Positions 1 through 10,200 of a DNA stretch of 64,000 bases are shown piece by piece (positions within the stretch are counted from its first letter, which is position 1; the number at the start of each line of letters is the position of its first letter). The notes under the pieces were generated by a model. It was not told where the DNA came from, ran no database searches, and saw only the letters and a list, made by a program, of their open reading frames with translations. The stretch is from NCBI GenBank assembly GCA_043801155.1, contig JAZDMI010000028.1, forward strand, positions 35,389 through 99,388, in the 5' to 3' direction. Source of the stretch: Candidatus Gottesmanbacteria bacterium. GTDB lineage: Bacteria > Patescibacteriota > Microgenomatia > JAMCYU01. The translations under genes were made by a program, and so were the position numbers.

Positions 1-627
1 GACGATAATAACTGTCAAGCCTATTTCTTGAGCCAACCGGGAAGCAATCGGATCGAAAGGCGCTGAAAGATTGGGACTCCATTTGTTGCCGACTATCTGG
101 CGATACTCATTCCAGTTTATTTTTTTAATCGGCCTGGCATTAGAATGTTTATGGGGATCTTTATCATAAACAGTCTCGATATTGGAAAGATTGATAAGTA
201 CCTTACTTTTATATCTTTGAGCCAGTAAAACCGCATCATAATCAGTTGACCAGCCCGGCTTCCAGCCGGCACCGATAACCACTGGCTGCGGTCCAAGCTT
301 ATATTCACGATCGTAATGAGTTACAAGCCGGGAGTTTGCAATATCTTTGAAAATTGTTCTTAGAAGATGAGCGTTCAAACGGGTGGCATGAATAGACAAC
401 CAGTCAAGTTCCACGGGCGGTATTTGCTTACCCAAAACAGTATCGGCGGCATCAGCATAATGTCTTGAGGTTCTTCCTCCCCCGCAAACAATAAAAAACC
501 GCTTGCCAGCGGTTATTTGTTTTCTTATGAATTCATTAAATCTCTTTAAGAATTCAGTATTAATCCCTCCGTTAGGGACAATTAATGAGCCGCCCAAAGA
601 CAAAATGACCGGTTCATCTTTACTCAT
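1..627 (-). CDS. pyrH: UMP kinase, archaeal-type; runs off the window edge (not in the ORF track)
   Basis: Manual translation from ATG at 627: MSKDEPVILSLGGSLIVP...FIVCGGGRTSRHY...GAGWKPGWSTDYDAVLLA...NLSNIETVYDKDP...APFDPIA; amino-acid-kinase family motifs. Confidence 0.9.
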   Translation of the reverse strand, partial: MSKDEPVILSLGGSLIVPNGGINTEFLKRFNEFIRKQITAGKRFFIVCGGGRTSRHYADAADTVLGKQIPPVELDWLSIHATRLNAHLLRTIFKDIANSRLVTHYDREYKLGPQPVVIGAGWKPGWSTDYDAVLLAQRYKSKVLINLSNIETVYDKDPHKHSNARPIKKINWNEYRQIVGNKWSPNLSAPFDPIASRLAQEIGLTVIIV

Positions 628-761
628 TTATTAAATAATGATTATACCCTAAGAAGGGGTAAATTGGCAAGTTTTTTCCTTATAGATAATTAAAATAAAA
701 GTCTATAATGATTATTTAGCAGATAAAGACAGCTAAAATTTGACATATAGAGTATAATTAT

Positions 762-995
762 ATGAGAGAGAGAAATATGACACCAGCAAAATTGGAAAGA
801 AGAATACCTAAACCATATGAACCGCTAGAGAATCAACCGGGAAAAACAGGTGATCTTTCCGGAAGACCAGATATTACTCTTAGTCAAGCAAAATTTAATA
901 TTGATGCAGAACATAGACTGCATATGGCTGATTTGGATGCGCGTGGAGAAACGAGTGATGGCGATAACGGTGAAGACACAGCAAATCATAGTTAA
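762..995 (+). CDS. Small hypothetical protein
   Basis: 77 aa ORF with TATAAT just upstream of the ATG; no family recognised. Confidence 0.5.
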   Translation: MRERNMTPAKLERRIPKPYEPLENQPGKTGDLSGRPDITLSQAKFNIDAEHRLHMADLDARGETSDGDNGEDTANHS

Positions 996-1070
996 CCCAC
1001 TTTACTTGTAAATCCTCTAGTTTTTTACTATAATCCCTTACACGAAAATAATTTTTGCCTGTCCTTCTAT

Positions 1071-3152
1071 ATGAATAAGGGCTTTCCTGGAGAATATGAA
1101 TTACCGCATAATTCCGAACGAAATAGTACCGGAGAGTATATTTTTAGACTCGATAATTATATTAGTAAAGCTCCAAGAATTATAGGTCTTCAAGAATTAC
1201 AAAAAGTCCAGCTTAAAGTCCCCGATCCTATTTTTATCATTGGTCATCAAGCATTTGAACGTTATAAAAAAAGCGGTTTAACAGGCCAATTATATAAAGA
1301 AGTTTTAAGTGCCTTTAGCCTAATTCGACAGGCCGATCCTAACCGAGGTTGCCATATTGGCCGAGGTTTTTTTATTCCGGGGATTGATAATCCTCCTGGT
1401 TTAAGAACATCAACTATCACCAACCCAGATATTTTTGTCGATAAAATTAAGGATTTTTATGAATTTGTACGTCAAAAAGGATACGATATTCCGGGCGCAG
1501 ATATTGCTCTTATAATTCATCCCTTTATAAATGCCGGGGATCCCTTAATGATTAAGGATCCTCCTCTTGAATTCCCCGGAGGGGTCATTTACTCTCCAAC
1601 TGATGGTAAAATAGAAATCCATTCAACCTTTGGGCCAGATGAATCATATCAAGGATTTCCCAAAGATACATACACAGTTAATCTGTTTGGTCAAAGAATT
1701 GAAATTACCAAACAAATTAGTCGAAAAAAAAGGACTCTGATTCCATCAGCTAAAGATCCCCTAGCCTACGATGAAATTGATATCCCCAAAGAATTTCAAT
1801 CAAGACAAGCCTTGCCTGACGAACAAATTCTTGAATTGGCAACAGCTTATTTAAAAGTATCTAATCATTATGGTCCTCGTCGAATGGAATTCTTAACTCA
1901 ACCGGATGGAATATATTTTAGAGAATGTCAGCCATTTAATATGAAAGCTAAAGATTTAATTCATCTTTCTTCAAAATCAGTTGAGGCTGAGGTTTTAGTT
2001 ATTAGAACAGCGTCTGATATTTCAAAAATTGATGCAAACACTAAACTCGTTCATTTACCCGAGGACCTTTTTCAACATCGACAAATTGGTATTTTTGCTG
2101 CTTGTGCTGCGACTATTCATCAATTAGCTCATGATTCGATAGTTCTTCCCCACGGTGATATTGTTACATCGCATATGCTCAGAAATTTTGCTGATCTTGG
2201 TATTACGGTTGTTTTTATTGGTAACAATCATCTTGAAAATGGTGAACGAATAAGGGTGTATCGAACTGATGGTAGAGTCGAATGGGAAAGAATTGAATCA
2301 ATTAATAAGCTATTCCTCTCTTTAAACGATAAAAAATTAGAGAATAGAATTGTCGGATCTAAGGCCTTAAATCTTTATTTATTAGCTGAAGCCGGATTGA
2401 TTACACCTCGAGGATATTGTTTAACTGCCGATGCCTTTGATAAATATATTTATAAGTTTAATTTAACATCAGCTATTGAAAAATTGGAAGGGTTAGAAGG
2501 AAAAAAGTTGAGTGTAGCTTTAAAACGGATTCGCGATAAAATCACTGGCGGAAAAATTAATCATAAGGATAAGGAATATATATTAAATGCTCTTAATGGT
2601 TTAAAGGTTAATAAATATTCAGTTCGTTCTTCGGCTAATGTTGAAGACCAAGAAGTGTCTTTCGCCGGACAATTCAGTAGCACCATTGGTATTCCCCAAG
2701 AACAGGTAATTTATGCAATTAAGCAAAGCTGGGCTTCAGTTTTTAATGAAGGATCAATACTTTATGCTCGGGGACTAAGAATTAGTCCATTAATGATTAA
2801 AATGGGTGTATTAACTCATGAAACTATTGAAGGAGAAAAAGCCGGTGTTATTTTTACCCGTCATCCGGAAACGGGCAATTTCGTTGTTTCCATATCTGAT
2901 AAAGCAGAAAATATTGTAGAAGGTCAAGCTTCACAATTTCAGCAAATAGAAATTGACAGAAAGACACGAATGATTTTGAAGCATCAATTACATACAAATA
3001 ACCGACAGCCAATTATGAATCAAGATGAAATACAGGAGCTATTTTCTATTGGTATGCTTATTGAACAAATATTTGGCAGGCCTCAAGACATTGAATGGGT
3101 AATTAATAAACAAACTGGCAAATTGGTCTGTCTTCAATCACGACCAGTTTAA
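1071..3152 (+). CDS. PEP-utilising / PPDK-type ATP-grasp protein with unusual domain order
   Basis: C-terminal GSKA..L, VRSSANVED, SFAGQF, AGVIFT, PQDIEW, LQSRPV motifs; central IVTSH..LGI phospho-His-like segment; degenerate N-terminal copy ending in RECQP. Confidence 0.75.
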   Translation: MNKGFPGEYELPHNSERNSTGEYIFRLDNYISKAPRIIGLQELQKVQLKVPDPIFIIGHQAFERYKKSGLTGQLYKEVLSAFSLIRQADPNRGCHIGRGFFIPGIDNPPGLRTSTITNPDIFVDKIKDFYEFVRQKGYDIPGADIALIIHPFINAGDPLMIKDPPLEFPGGVIYSPTDGKIEIHSTFGPDESYQGFPKDTYTVNLFGQRIEITKQISRKKRTLIPSAKDPLAYDEIDIPKEFQSRQALPDEQILELATAYLKVSNHYGPRRMEFLTQPDGIYFRECQPFNMKAKDLIHLSSKSVEAEVLVIRTASDISKIDANTKLVHLPEDLFQHRQIGIFAACAATIHQLAHDSIVLPHGDIVTSHMLRNFADLGITVVFIGNNHLENGERIRVYRTDGRVEWERIESINKLFLSLNDKKLENRIVGSKALNLYLLAEAGLITPRGYCLTADAFDKYIYKFNLTSAIEKLEGLEGKKLSVALKRIRDKITGGKINHKDKEYILNALNGLKVNKYSVRSSANVEDQEVSFAGQFSSTIGIPQEQVIYAIKQSWASVFNEGSILYARGLRISPLMIKMGVLTHETIEGEKAGVIFTRHPETGNFVVSISDKAENIVEGQASQFQQIEIDRKTRMILKHQLHTNNRQPIMNQDEIQELFSIGMLIEQIFGRPQDIEWVINKQTGKLVCLQSRPV

Positions 3153-3169
3153 CTATTTTGGCAGGCGGG

Positions 3170-3209
3170 CCTGCCCGCAAAAGCCTGCGCTTTAGCGCTG
3201 GCAGGCGGG
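3170..3209. repeat. Miniature palindromic element CCTGCCCGC...GCAGGCGGG overlapping the mutM 3' end
   Basis: Same termini at 4824-4859 and 17246-17285; GGCAGGCGGG duplicated at 3160-3169 and 3200-3209. Confidence 0.75.
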
Positions 3210-4064
3210 ACAATAAAATGTACCTCTTCCTCCAATGGTTATCCGTCTAATTATTCCGCCGTCATTTCGTAGACATTTCTCCCTTTCTCTTTGATAGACT
3301 TTAAAATGATTTTGATATTTTCCCGGCTCTGCTTCAACATTAATAAAGGCTTCGTCTCCACCGGTTGATCCCCCATATCTTAATCCCTCGTTGAGTACTT
3401 TTATTATTCCCTCCCTTAATTTCTTAATTTCTAAATTACCTAATTCCTTGGCTGGTTTATCCGGTCTAATCTTGGCTTCCCAAAGGGCATCGTTGGCATA
3501 GATATTCCCAACTCCGGCAATCTTTTCCTGATCCATCAAAACTAACTTTATCGACTTTGAAGTTTTACTAAAAATTTTCTGTAAATATTCTACGGTAAAC
3601 TCTTTGTCAAACGGTTCCGGCCCCAAATTCTGCAATTCTTTCGCTGTTCTTAATTCGCTATTCTTAATTATTTTTATCCATCCAAATTGCCTTGAATCAT
3701 TAAAAAACAGTCGTGATCCATTATCAAAGTAAAATATAATGTGTGTACTTTTAGCCGGTAATATATTCCCTCCCCCAAACGGTATCGGTGTGTTCAGTGT
3801 TACGTGTCCAGTGTTATGTTGATTTTCTACGAAGATCAACTGTCCTGTCATTTTTAAATGTATCAGTATATTTTCCCTATTATCCAGTTCAATTATGGTT
3901 ACTTTTCCTTTTCGTTTAACGTCTAATATTTCTGCTCCCTCAACGTCTTGAGGATTTCCTTTAAATTGTTTAGACAATAAAACCTCGATCTTTTTAATCG
4001 TTAATCCTTTGATTTTAGAAACGAGACCTCTTCTTATAGTTTCAACCTCTGGTAGTTCTGGCAT
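3192..4064 (-). CDS. mutM: Formamidopyrimidine-DNA glycosylase
   Basis: N-terminal MPELPEVE, HLKMTG, GVGNIYA, C-terminal RGTFYCPACQ. Confidence 0.97.
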   Translation of the reverse strand: MPELPEVETIRRGLVSKIKGLTIKKIEVLLSKQFKGNPQDVEGAEILDVKRKGKVTIIELDNRENILIHLKMTGQLIFVENQHNTGHVTLNTPIPFGGGNILPAKSTHIIFYFDNGSRLFFNDSRQFGWIKIIKNSELRTAKELQNLGPEPFDKEFTVEYLQKIFSKTSKSIKLVLMDQEKIAGVGNIYANDALWEAKIRPDKPAKELGNLEIKKLREGIIKVLNEGLRYGGSTGGDEAFINVEAEPGKYQNHFKVYQREREKCLRNDGGIIRRITIGGRGTFYCPACQR

Positions 4065-4073
4065 ACTCCTCCT

Positions 4074-5327
4074 TTACACTGAAAATTCTTTAGAATTTTT
4101 AGTGATTTTTTCTTCGATGAATTTTAACATATTATTTTTGAATTCATCTTTCCCAAACTTCTCTGCTTGTTGACGGCAATCATCTTCCTTAATATCTAAT
4201 CCGCCAGCTGACGGACTTAATTTTTCAATTGCCTCTATCAAACTCTCCACTGTCTGTTCATTATAAAAAACGCCAGTTTTATTTTCTATTACTGTTTCTA
4301 AATAGCCTCCACCACGAAAAGCAATCACCGGCCTGCCAGCTGCCTGCGCTTCAACCGGAGTGATACCAAAATCCTCATCTATAGCAGTACAAATTAGGGC
4401 CTTACAGTTTTTATAAATTTCGCTTAATTCGCTATCGCTTACCTGACCTAAAAATTTAATTGTCGGTCCGGAAATCGAACGTAAATATTTTTCTTGTGAG
4501 CCACTACCTACAATCCACAACTCTTCTTTTAGTTCATTACAGGCTTTAATTGTTAAATCAATGTTTTTGGCGGCCGCTAATCTAGAAACCACTAAGAAGT
4601 AAGATGCGGGGAGCCCGTTCAATTTTTGAGGAACGAAAGGAGTCCCGACTGAGTCGGGACGACTCCTCACGGGTTTTGTACCGAAAAAATTGCTAACGGG
4701 CGACTTCAGCATCTTACCAGCTTTAGAAAGGTAAACTGGGGGGTAAATTACCGTTGAATCTCTACGATAAAATTTCTTAATTCTTTCTTGGGTATTAATC
4801 GAATTAGCGATAAAATAGTCAACCCCGCCTGCAACGCCATGCGTAGCATTGCGGGCAGGTCTTTGTGCAGCGGTATAGTCGTATTGACGAAGCCAATGGG
4901 CTAAAATTTCTCCATAGATTCTTATGGGTAAAAATTTTTTCCATTCTCTGGCTGTTTGATAACCATAAAGCCATCTTGGCGGCGTATGACAATAGCAGAT
5001 ATGGACCGTCGGCGGCTTAGTAATGATACTTTTAGTGATGTACCAAGAGGCAGAAGAAATAACTAAATCAAAACTGCTGAAATCAAAACTTTCCCAGATT
5101 ATTGGCGTTAAAAACCGTAAGGGGCTAAATAAATTCTTCCACTGTAAAATCTGGTCAAATCCTGACGTAATTATTTTCTTTTGGGAAAAAGCCCGGCCGG
5201 CAGTTGAATCCTTATCACAAAAAGCCGTATAAATCGGCGCTTCGGGATATATTTCCGTCAGTGCTTCAAGTACCCTCTCGGCTCCACCGTATTCCTTTAA
5301 ATAATCATGAACTAGTGCGACTTTCAT
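4074..5327 (-). CDS. Glycosyltransferase family 4, with in-frame palindromic insertions
   Basis: MKVALVHDYL..GGAERVL, YCHTPPR, EDFGITPVEAQAAGRPVIA. Confidence 0.92.
   Translation of the reverse strand: MKVALVHDYLKEYGGAERVLEALTEIYPEAPIYTAFCDKDSTAGRAFSQKKIITSGFDQILQWKNLFSPLRFLTPIIWESFDFSSFDLVISSASWYITKSIITKPPTVHICYCHTPPRWLYGYQTAREWKKFLPIRIYGEILAHWLRQYDYTAAQRPARNATHGVAGGVDYFIANSINTQERIKKFYRRDSTVIYPPVYLSKAGKMLKSPVSNFFGTKPVRSRPDSVGTPFVPQKLNGLPASYFLVVSRLAAAKNIDLTIKACNELKEELWIVGSGSQEKYLRSISGPTIKFLGQVSDSELSEIYKNCKALICTAIDEDFGITPVEAQAAGRPVIAFRGGGYLETVIENKTGVFYNEQTVESLIEAIEKLSPSAGGLDIKEDDCRQQAEKFGKDEFKNNMLKFIEEKITKNSKEFSV
4600..4716. mobile_element. MITE-like 117 bp palindromic element inside the GT4 coding sequence
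   Basis: TAAGATGC...GCATCTTA termini, nested arms GCCCGTT/AACGGGC and CAATTTTT/AAAAATTG, central GTCCCGACTGAGTCGGGAC; reading frame preserved (39 codons). Confidence 0.65.
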
Positions 5328-5347
5328 AATTTATTATTCATTATTCA

Positions 5348-6400
5348 TTATTCTAATAAACTCATTTGTTCATCCTTTTTCTCATCCTCCGTCTTTTTAC
5401 TTATTACATCTTCCGGTTTTTTTGATAATCTGCCAATTAAGCTTTTAAACTCTAACTCCTCGAGGAATTTTATCACTTCTGGATTGCTAAAGTCGCCTAT
5501 CTGGCACTTTTTTAAATTGAGTTTTACCGAAACATTAGTAATAATCGTGGCTAATTGTTTACTTAACTTGGCATCTTGTTTACCCTTAATTAATCTATCT
5601 TTAATTATTTCATTCTGCAAAGCAGAAGTAGCGATCTTTGATCGCGTCTTTTTCAATTGTTCAATCTCTTTATAAAGTTTTTCTACTGTTCCGTATTGTG
5701 AAAGTAAATTAACCGCTGTTTTTGGTCCGATACCGGAAACACCCGAATAATTATCCGATTGATCACCGATTAAGGCCTTATAATCAGGAATCTGTGCTGG
5801 TCTAAGTCCGTATTTCTCAATAACTTTTTCTTCATCAAAAAGCGTTGCCTCGGTCAAACCACGAATTAACATATAAACTTTAGTGTGATTATCAACCAGT
5901 TGGAGCAAATCACGATCACCGGTAACAACAATAATTTCGAATTCAGAATTATGAATAGCGAATGGTGTACTAGTTTCTTTTTCTTTCTTAATTCTTAATT
6001 CGCTATTCGCCATTTCTGCCTGAAAGGCTAATGTACCTATGACATCATCTGCCTCATACCCTTCTTTTTCATAAATCGGGATACCCAAAGTCCTGACTAA
6101 TTCTTTAACTCGTTCAATTTGCCCCGACAGTTCATCAACCATTTTCGGCCTTTTGGCCTGATAACCAGCAAATAATTTTTTTCTAAAAGTCGGTTTGGGC
6201 AAATCAAAAGTAACCGCAAAACATGAAGGATTAAGTTCGTCTCTGACTTTCAAAAGCATCGAACAAAAACCATAGACAGCATTAACTAATTCACCCTTAG
6301 AAGTAGTTAGAGGAGGCATAGCATGATAAGCGCGGTGAAGAATAGCATTACCATCAATAATAATTAATCTTTGTTTATCCTGAGCTTGTCGAATAGACAT
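5348..6400 (-). CDS. 5'-3' exonuclease (PolA N-terminal domain as a stand-alone gene)
   Basis: IIDGNAILHRAYHA, YEADDVIGT, TGDRDLLQL, GDQSDNYSGVSGIGPKTA; no polymerase domain. Confidence 0.9.
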   Translation of the reverse strand: MSIRQAQDKQRLIIIDGNAILHRAYHAMPPLTTSKGELVNAVYGFCSMLLKVRDELNPSCFAVTFDLPKPTFRKKLFAGYQAKRPKMVDELSGQIERVKELVRTLGIPIYEKEGYEADDVIGTLAFQAEMANSELRIKKEKETSTPFAIHNSEFEIIVVTGDRDLLQLVDNHTKVYMLIRGLTEATLFDEEKVIEKYGLRPAQIPDYKALIGDQSDNYSGVSGIGPKTAVNLLSQYGTVEKLYKEIEQLKKTRSKIATSALQNEIIKDRLIKGKQDAKLSKQLATIITNVSVKLNLKKCQIGDFSNPEVIKFLEELEFKSLIGRLSKKPEDVISKKTEDEKKDEQMSLLE

Positions 6401-6463
6401 GAGGCTATTTTATCAAAAAAGGAATACTTGGACTTATTTTATCACAAAGTCCAGCAAAAGAAC

Positions 6464-8368
6464 CTAGGCTTTGATGATCGCGGGAGCTACTTTATTCTCT
6501 GTCATTAGTCTCTCAAACTCGTCACCCTCAATAGTTTCCTTTTTAACCAGTTCTTGGGCAACTAAGTCTAATCTATCTTTTGTCTTCTTTAAAACTTCCT
6601 GGGCTGTTTTATAAGCCTGAGTGATAAATTGGTTAATCTGGGCATCAATTTTACCGGCCATATCAGGTGAAACTTGCGTTGGCTCATACCACATTCTCCC
6701 GGTATCAGAAATATCACCTTGCGGCCCCAAGTTGACTGGCCCCAACTCGCTCATTCCATATTCAACCACCATTGTCCGGGCAATTTCGGTCGCTTTAGAA
6801 ATATCCGAAGCAGCTCCGGCGGTAAATTCCTTAAAAATCAGTTCCTCGGCTGCCCGTCCGCCTAAAAGACTGGCCATTTGTTCAATTAGATGTGATTTGG
6901 TTTCCGTATAACGATCTTTGGCTGGCGGAATAAGGGTAAATCCCAAAGCCAGTCCACGACTAACAATGGAAATCCGGTGAACCGGATCCATATGGGGTAG
7001 TTCATGAGTAACAATCGCATGTCCGGCTTCGTGATAGGCTGTCATTTTTTTATCTAAATCAGATTGTAATCGTTTTTTCTCTGGACCAAGCTTAACTTTA
7101 GTAGCTGCTTCTTCAATATCTTCCATATCAATCGCTCTTTTACCAATTCGAGCAGCCAGTATCGCTGACTCATTAAGCATATTTTCTAAATCAGCTCCGG
7201 AAAAGCCAACTGTTCGACGGGCAACTTTATCCCAATCAACTTCTTTAACAAATGGTTTACCGCGCATGTGGATTGATAGAATTGCTTTTCTGCCTTCAAT
7301 ATCCGGCATATCCAGAATTACCCGGCGGTCAAACCGACCTGGCCGCAGTAGTGCCGGATCAAGTAAATCTCCCCTATTGGTGGCAGCCACGACAATCACA
7401 TTTTCATTAGGAGTAAAACCGTCCATCTCGACTAAAATTTGGTTTAAGGTTTGTTCCCGTTCATCATGGCCACCCATGACGCCGACTGCCCTTACCCGAC
7501 CGATGGCGTCAATTTCATCGATAAAAATAATGGCCGGCGCGTTTTTTTTAGCCGTATTGAAAAGATCACGGACTCTTGAGGCTCCAACTCCAACTAACAT
7601 TTCCATGAATTCTGAACCGGCCATACTGAAAAAAGCCACACCCGCTTCTCCGGCGACAGCTCTAGCTAACAAGGTTTTACCCGTACCGGCCGGCCCAACT
7701 AATAAAACACCTTTGGGTGTACGGGCGCCTAGACTTCGATATTTACCGGGATGTTTTAAGAAGTCAACCACTTCTGATAATTCTTGTTTAGCTTCATCAA
7801 CTCCGGCAACATCGGCAAAGGTTATTTTAGGATTATCACGGTTAAAAAGTCTGGCTTTTGATTGGCCAAAAGAAAATAAAGTATCTTGCGCTCCCCGAGC
7901 TTGACGGAAAAGAAAAAAGAAAAACGCCACCATTAAAACCAAAGGCAAGACTGTTGACAAAATGTTAAACCAGACACCAGCCATACTCATATCCTTGATT
8001 TGAATCTCGGTTAAACCCGGATTAACACCAGACTTTTCTAAATCAGCAATTAATGAATCTTGAGGTTCTTTAAAAGAGACGTAGCTTTGCCCATTTTTAT
8101 AGGTAACCGTAAGTTTACTATCTTCGACAATGATTTGTTTGACTTTATTATTCTTAACGTCTTCAATTACTGTCGATAACGGTTTTTGCTCGGGATTTTT
8201 AACTCCTTGTTGGAAGGAAAGGAAGACTGATAGTCCGATAAGAAAGATAAAAAACCATAAAAAGACATTTTTGAGGTTAAAATTTATCCTATATTCAGCC
8301 ATTTTTCTAATTTGGCGGGGTTTTTGATTATTGTTTTCTTCCATTTGCGGAGTATTACCATTTTTCAT
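6464..8368 (-). CDS. ftsH: ATP-dependent zinc metalloprotease FtsH
   Basis: Two TM segments, Walker A GPAGTGKT, DEIDA, SRH, HEAGH zinc motif. Confidence 0.98.
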   Translation of the reverse strand: MKNGNTPQMEENNNQKPRQIRKMAEYRINFNLKNVFLWFFIFLIGLSVFLSFQQGVKNPEQKPLSTVIEDVKNNKVKQIIVEDSKLTVTYKNGQSYVSFKEPQDSLIADLEKSGVNPGLTEIQIKDMSMAGVWFNILSTVLPLVLMVAFFFFLFRQARGAQDTLFSFGQSKARLFNRDNPKITFADVAGVDEAKQELSEVVDFLKHPGKYRSLGARTPKGVLLVGPAGTGKTLLARAVAGEAGVAFFSMAGSEFMEMLVGVGASRVRDLFNTAKKNAPAIIFIDEIDAIGRVRAVGVMGGHDEREQTLNQILVEMDGFTPNENVIVVAATNRGDLLDPALLRPGRFDRRVILDMPDIEGRKAILSIHMRGKPFVKEVDWDKVARRTVGFSGADLENMLNESAILAARIGKRAIDMEDIEEAATKVKLGPEKKRLQSDLDKKMTAYHEAGHAIVTHELPHMDPVHRISIVSRGLALGFTLIPPAKDRYTETKSHLIEQMASLLGGRAAEELIFKEFTAGAASDISKATEIARTMVVEYGMSELGPVNLGPQGDISDTGRMWYEPTQVSPDMAGKIDAQINQFITQAYKTAQEVLKKTKDRLDLVAQELVKKETIEGDEFERLMTENKVAPAIIKA

Positions 8369-8427
8369 GAAAGAAGTATATCACAAATTTACACACTCGA
8401 CAATAAAAAAAGATGAAAAAAGAAGAA

Positions 8428-9408
8428 TTAGATTAACCCCATTTTTTGTTTAACTTCTTTTAAGGTTTCTTGGGCAATCTTTAAACAATATACTCGTCCT
8501 TCTTCTAGAATTTTCTCGACTATTTCAGGATGATCTTGATAATACTTTCTTTTCTCCTGAATCGGTTTCAGTTCCTTAAAAATCGCGTCGGCTAATTTAT
8601 CTTTTAATTCCTGGTACCTGATTCCTGTATCTTGATATCTTTTCTCGTATTCCGCTCGTTTCTCTTTTCCCTCAAATAATTCCACAAAAGTTAACAGAGC
8701 TGCTACTCCGCCCTCTTGGGGAATATTTTCACCCTTACCGATATCAGTCGGCGCTTTGGCCAATTTAGATTTTATAGTTTCCAAATCATCAGTTAAATTA
8801 ATGTAACTTCCTTCAATGCTCTTGCTCATCTTCCCCTCACCTAAAAGTGAAGGAACGTAACCAGCTTTAGTGGCAAAACGAGTAGGTTCTGGAAATGTCG
8901 AACCAAACGTTTGGTTAAATTTACGCGCAATTTCCCGGCTTACTTCAAGATGTGGTTCCTGATCATTTCCTACTGGTACCTTTTCACCTTTATAGACTAA
9001 TATATCTGCCGCCATTAAAACCGGATAGTAAAGAAGTCCCATATTAATATATTTCGGATGCAATTCCTTTTTCTCTTTATATGTTGGCAGGTCTTCCAAC
9101 CGGGATACAGGGTAGATGGTTCCTAATAAATAAGATAAAAGCACATGCTCCGGCACATATGACTGAATAGTCAGATGACATTTATTAATTGGTAAACCAG
9201 CGCCTAAATAATCTAAGACCACTTCATGGATATCTTGCTGCAATGTTTTCGGATTATAGGGCGTGGTAATCGTATGCAGATCAACCACCTGGAAAATGCA
9301 GTCATATTGACCGCCACTAACCAGTTCAATCATGCCTTTTATAGCACCCAAATAATTGCCTAAATGCAATCTTCCGGTTGCCCGGATACCAGCATAAACT
9401 CTTTTCAT
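8428..9408 (-). CDS. trpS: Tryptophan--tRNA ligase
   Basis: HLGN, YPVLMAADIL, VPVGNDQ, KMSKS. Confidence 0.97.
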   Translation of the reverse strand: MKRVYAGIRATGRLHLGNYLGAIKGMIELVSGGQYDCIFQVVDLHTITTPYNPKTLQQDIHEVVLDYLGAGLPINKCHLTIQSYVPEHVLLSYLLGTIYPVSRLEDLPTYKEKKELHPKYINMGLLYYPVLMAADILVYKGEKVPVGNDQEPHLEVSREIARKFNQTFGSTFPEPTRFATKAGYVPSLLGEGKMSKSIEGSYINLTDDLETIKSKLAKAPTDIGKGENIPQEGGVAALLTFVELFEGKEKRAEYEKRYQDTGIRYQELKDKLADAIFKELKPIQEKRKYYQDHPEIVEKILEEGRVYCLKIAQETLKEVKQKMGLI

Positions 9409-9427
9409 ATTCCTCCTTATTATTGCA

Positions 9428-9613
9428 TTATTTCTTCAATGCTTCAACACTTCCCTGTAATCCAGAAGCTTGGCCTAAACCATTGTCTTTCTCTGTTTCC
9501 AAACCATGGGTACAGGGAACGACTGTTTCTTCCTCACCAAAAATATCTTTATCGATAAAGATAACATCTTTGCCGTCTTGTCGACATATTCTTTCAACTG
9601 TCATATCAATCAC
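9428..9613 (-). CDS. Small hypothetical protein
   Basis: 61 aa ORF with strong SD (AAGGAGGTGA); true start probably the ATG at 9604. Confidence 0.45.
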   Translation of the reverse strand: MIDMTVERICRQDGKDVIFIDKDIFGEEETVVPCTHGLETEKDNGLGQASGLQGSVEALKK

Positions 9614-9885
9614 CTCCTTTATGGTGTAAAGCCGCTTAAAGCTTTACACCATGAACACTGAAAAATCGTTTAAATTTTTTAGTGTTTCCCACTAAAAAAC
9701 TCGCTTTAAGCGAGTTTGGGTGTTTGTTCTTAAATTTACTTTATATTTCTCTTTCTAATTTAATAAACAGCACGATAAAACTCGCTTTTATGCGAAGTTA
9801 TACCAGTGCCAATTCTTAAGATCAGATAGAGTCATATTCTGTTTATTATTTTATATGAACAGCGTCAATCTGTCAAATTGTATTT

Positions 9886-10080
9886 TTAATGTTTTATCTT
9901 CAGTGCTTTTATCCTATCGTCAGAAGGTGGTTTTTTTTCCTCATCGGGTTGAGGAGCTACTTCTTCTCCTTCACAAAAGTCACCACCAATAAGAAATTGC
10001 CTACTAGGAAAAAGTACTTCTTTTACTCTGTGTAAAGCGGATAAAGTTATTTTTCTAATTTCTATACTAGCTACGGTCAT
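9886..10080 (-). CDS. Small hypothetical protein
   Basis: 64 aa ORF downstream of the tRNA locus; no family recognised. Confidence 0.4.
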   Translation of the reverse strand: MTVASIEIRKITLSALHRVKEVLFPSRQFLIGGDFCEGEEVAPQPDEEKKPPSDDRIKALKIKH

Positions 10081-10200
10081 AATTGGTTACGGCTAGAACC
10101 GTATAAAAGATAATATGATGTTAAGTGCTAGGGGTGGGAGTCGGACCCACGACCTCGGACATAGACGCGGCGCTTCGCTAGCCGCTACTATTTGCTTTTG

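Noticed and set aside
117-308. 63 aa ORF in the track
   Set aside because: Alternative frame inside pyrH (1-627).
6621-8327. Plus-strand ORFs opposite ftsH, and similar antisense ORFs in gapN, nrdD, the PBPs, the MFS transporter and the P-type ATPase
   Set aside because: Antisense or alternative-frame shadows of well-supported genes, with no motifs of their own.
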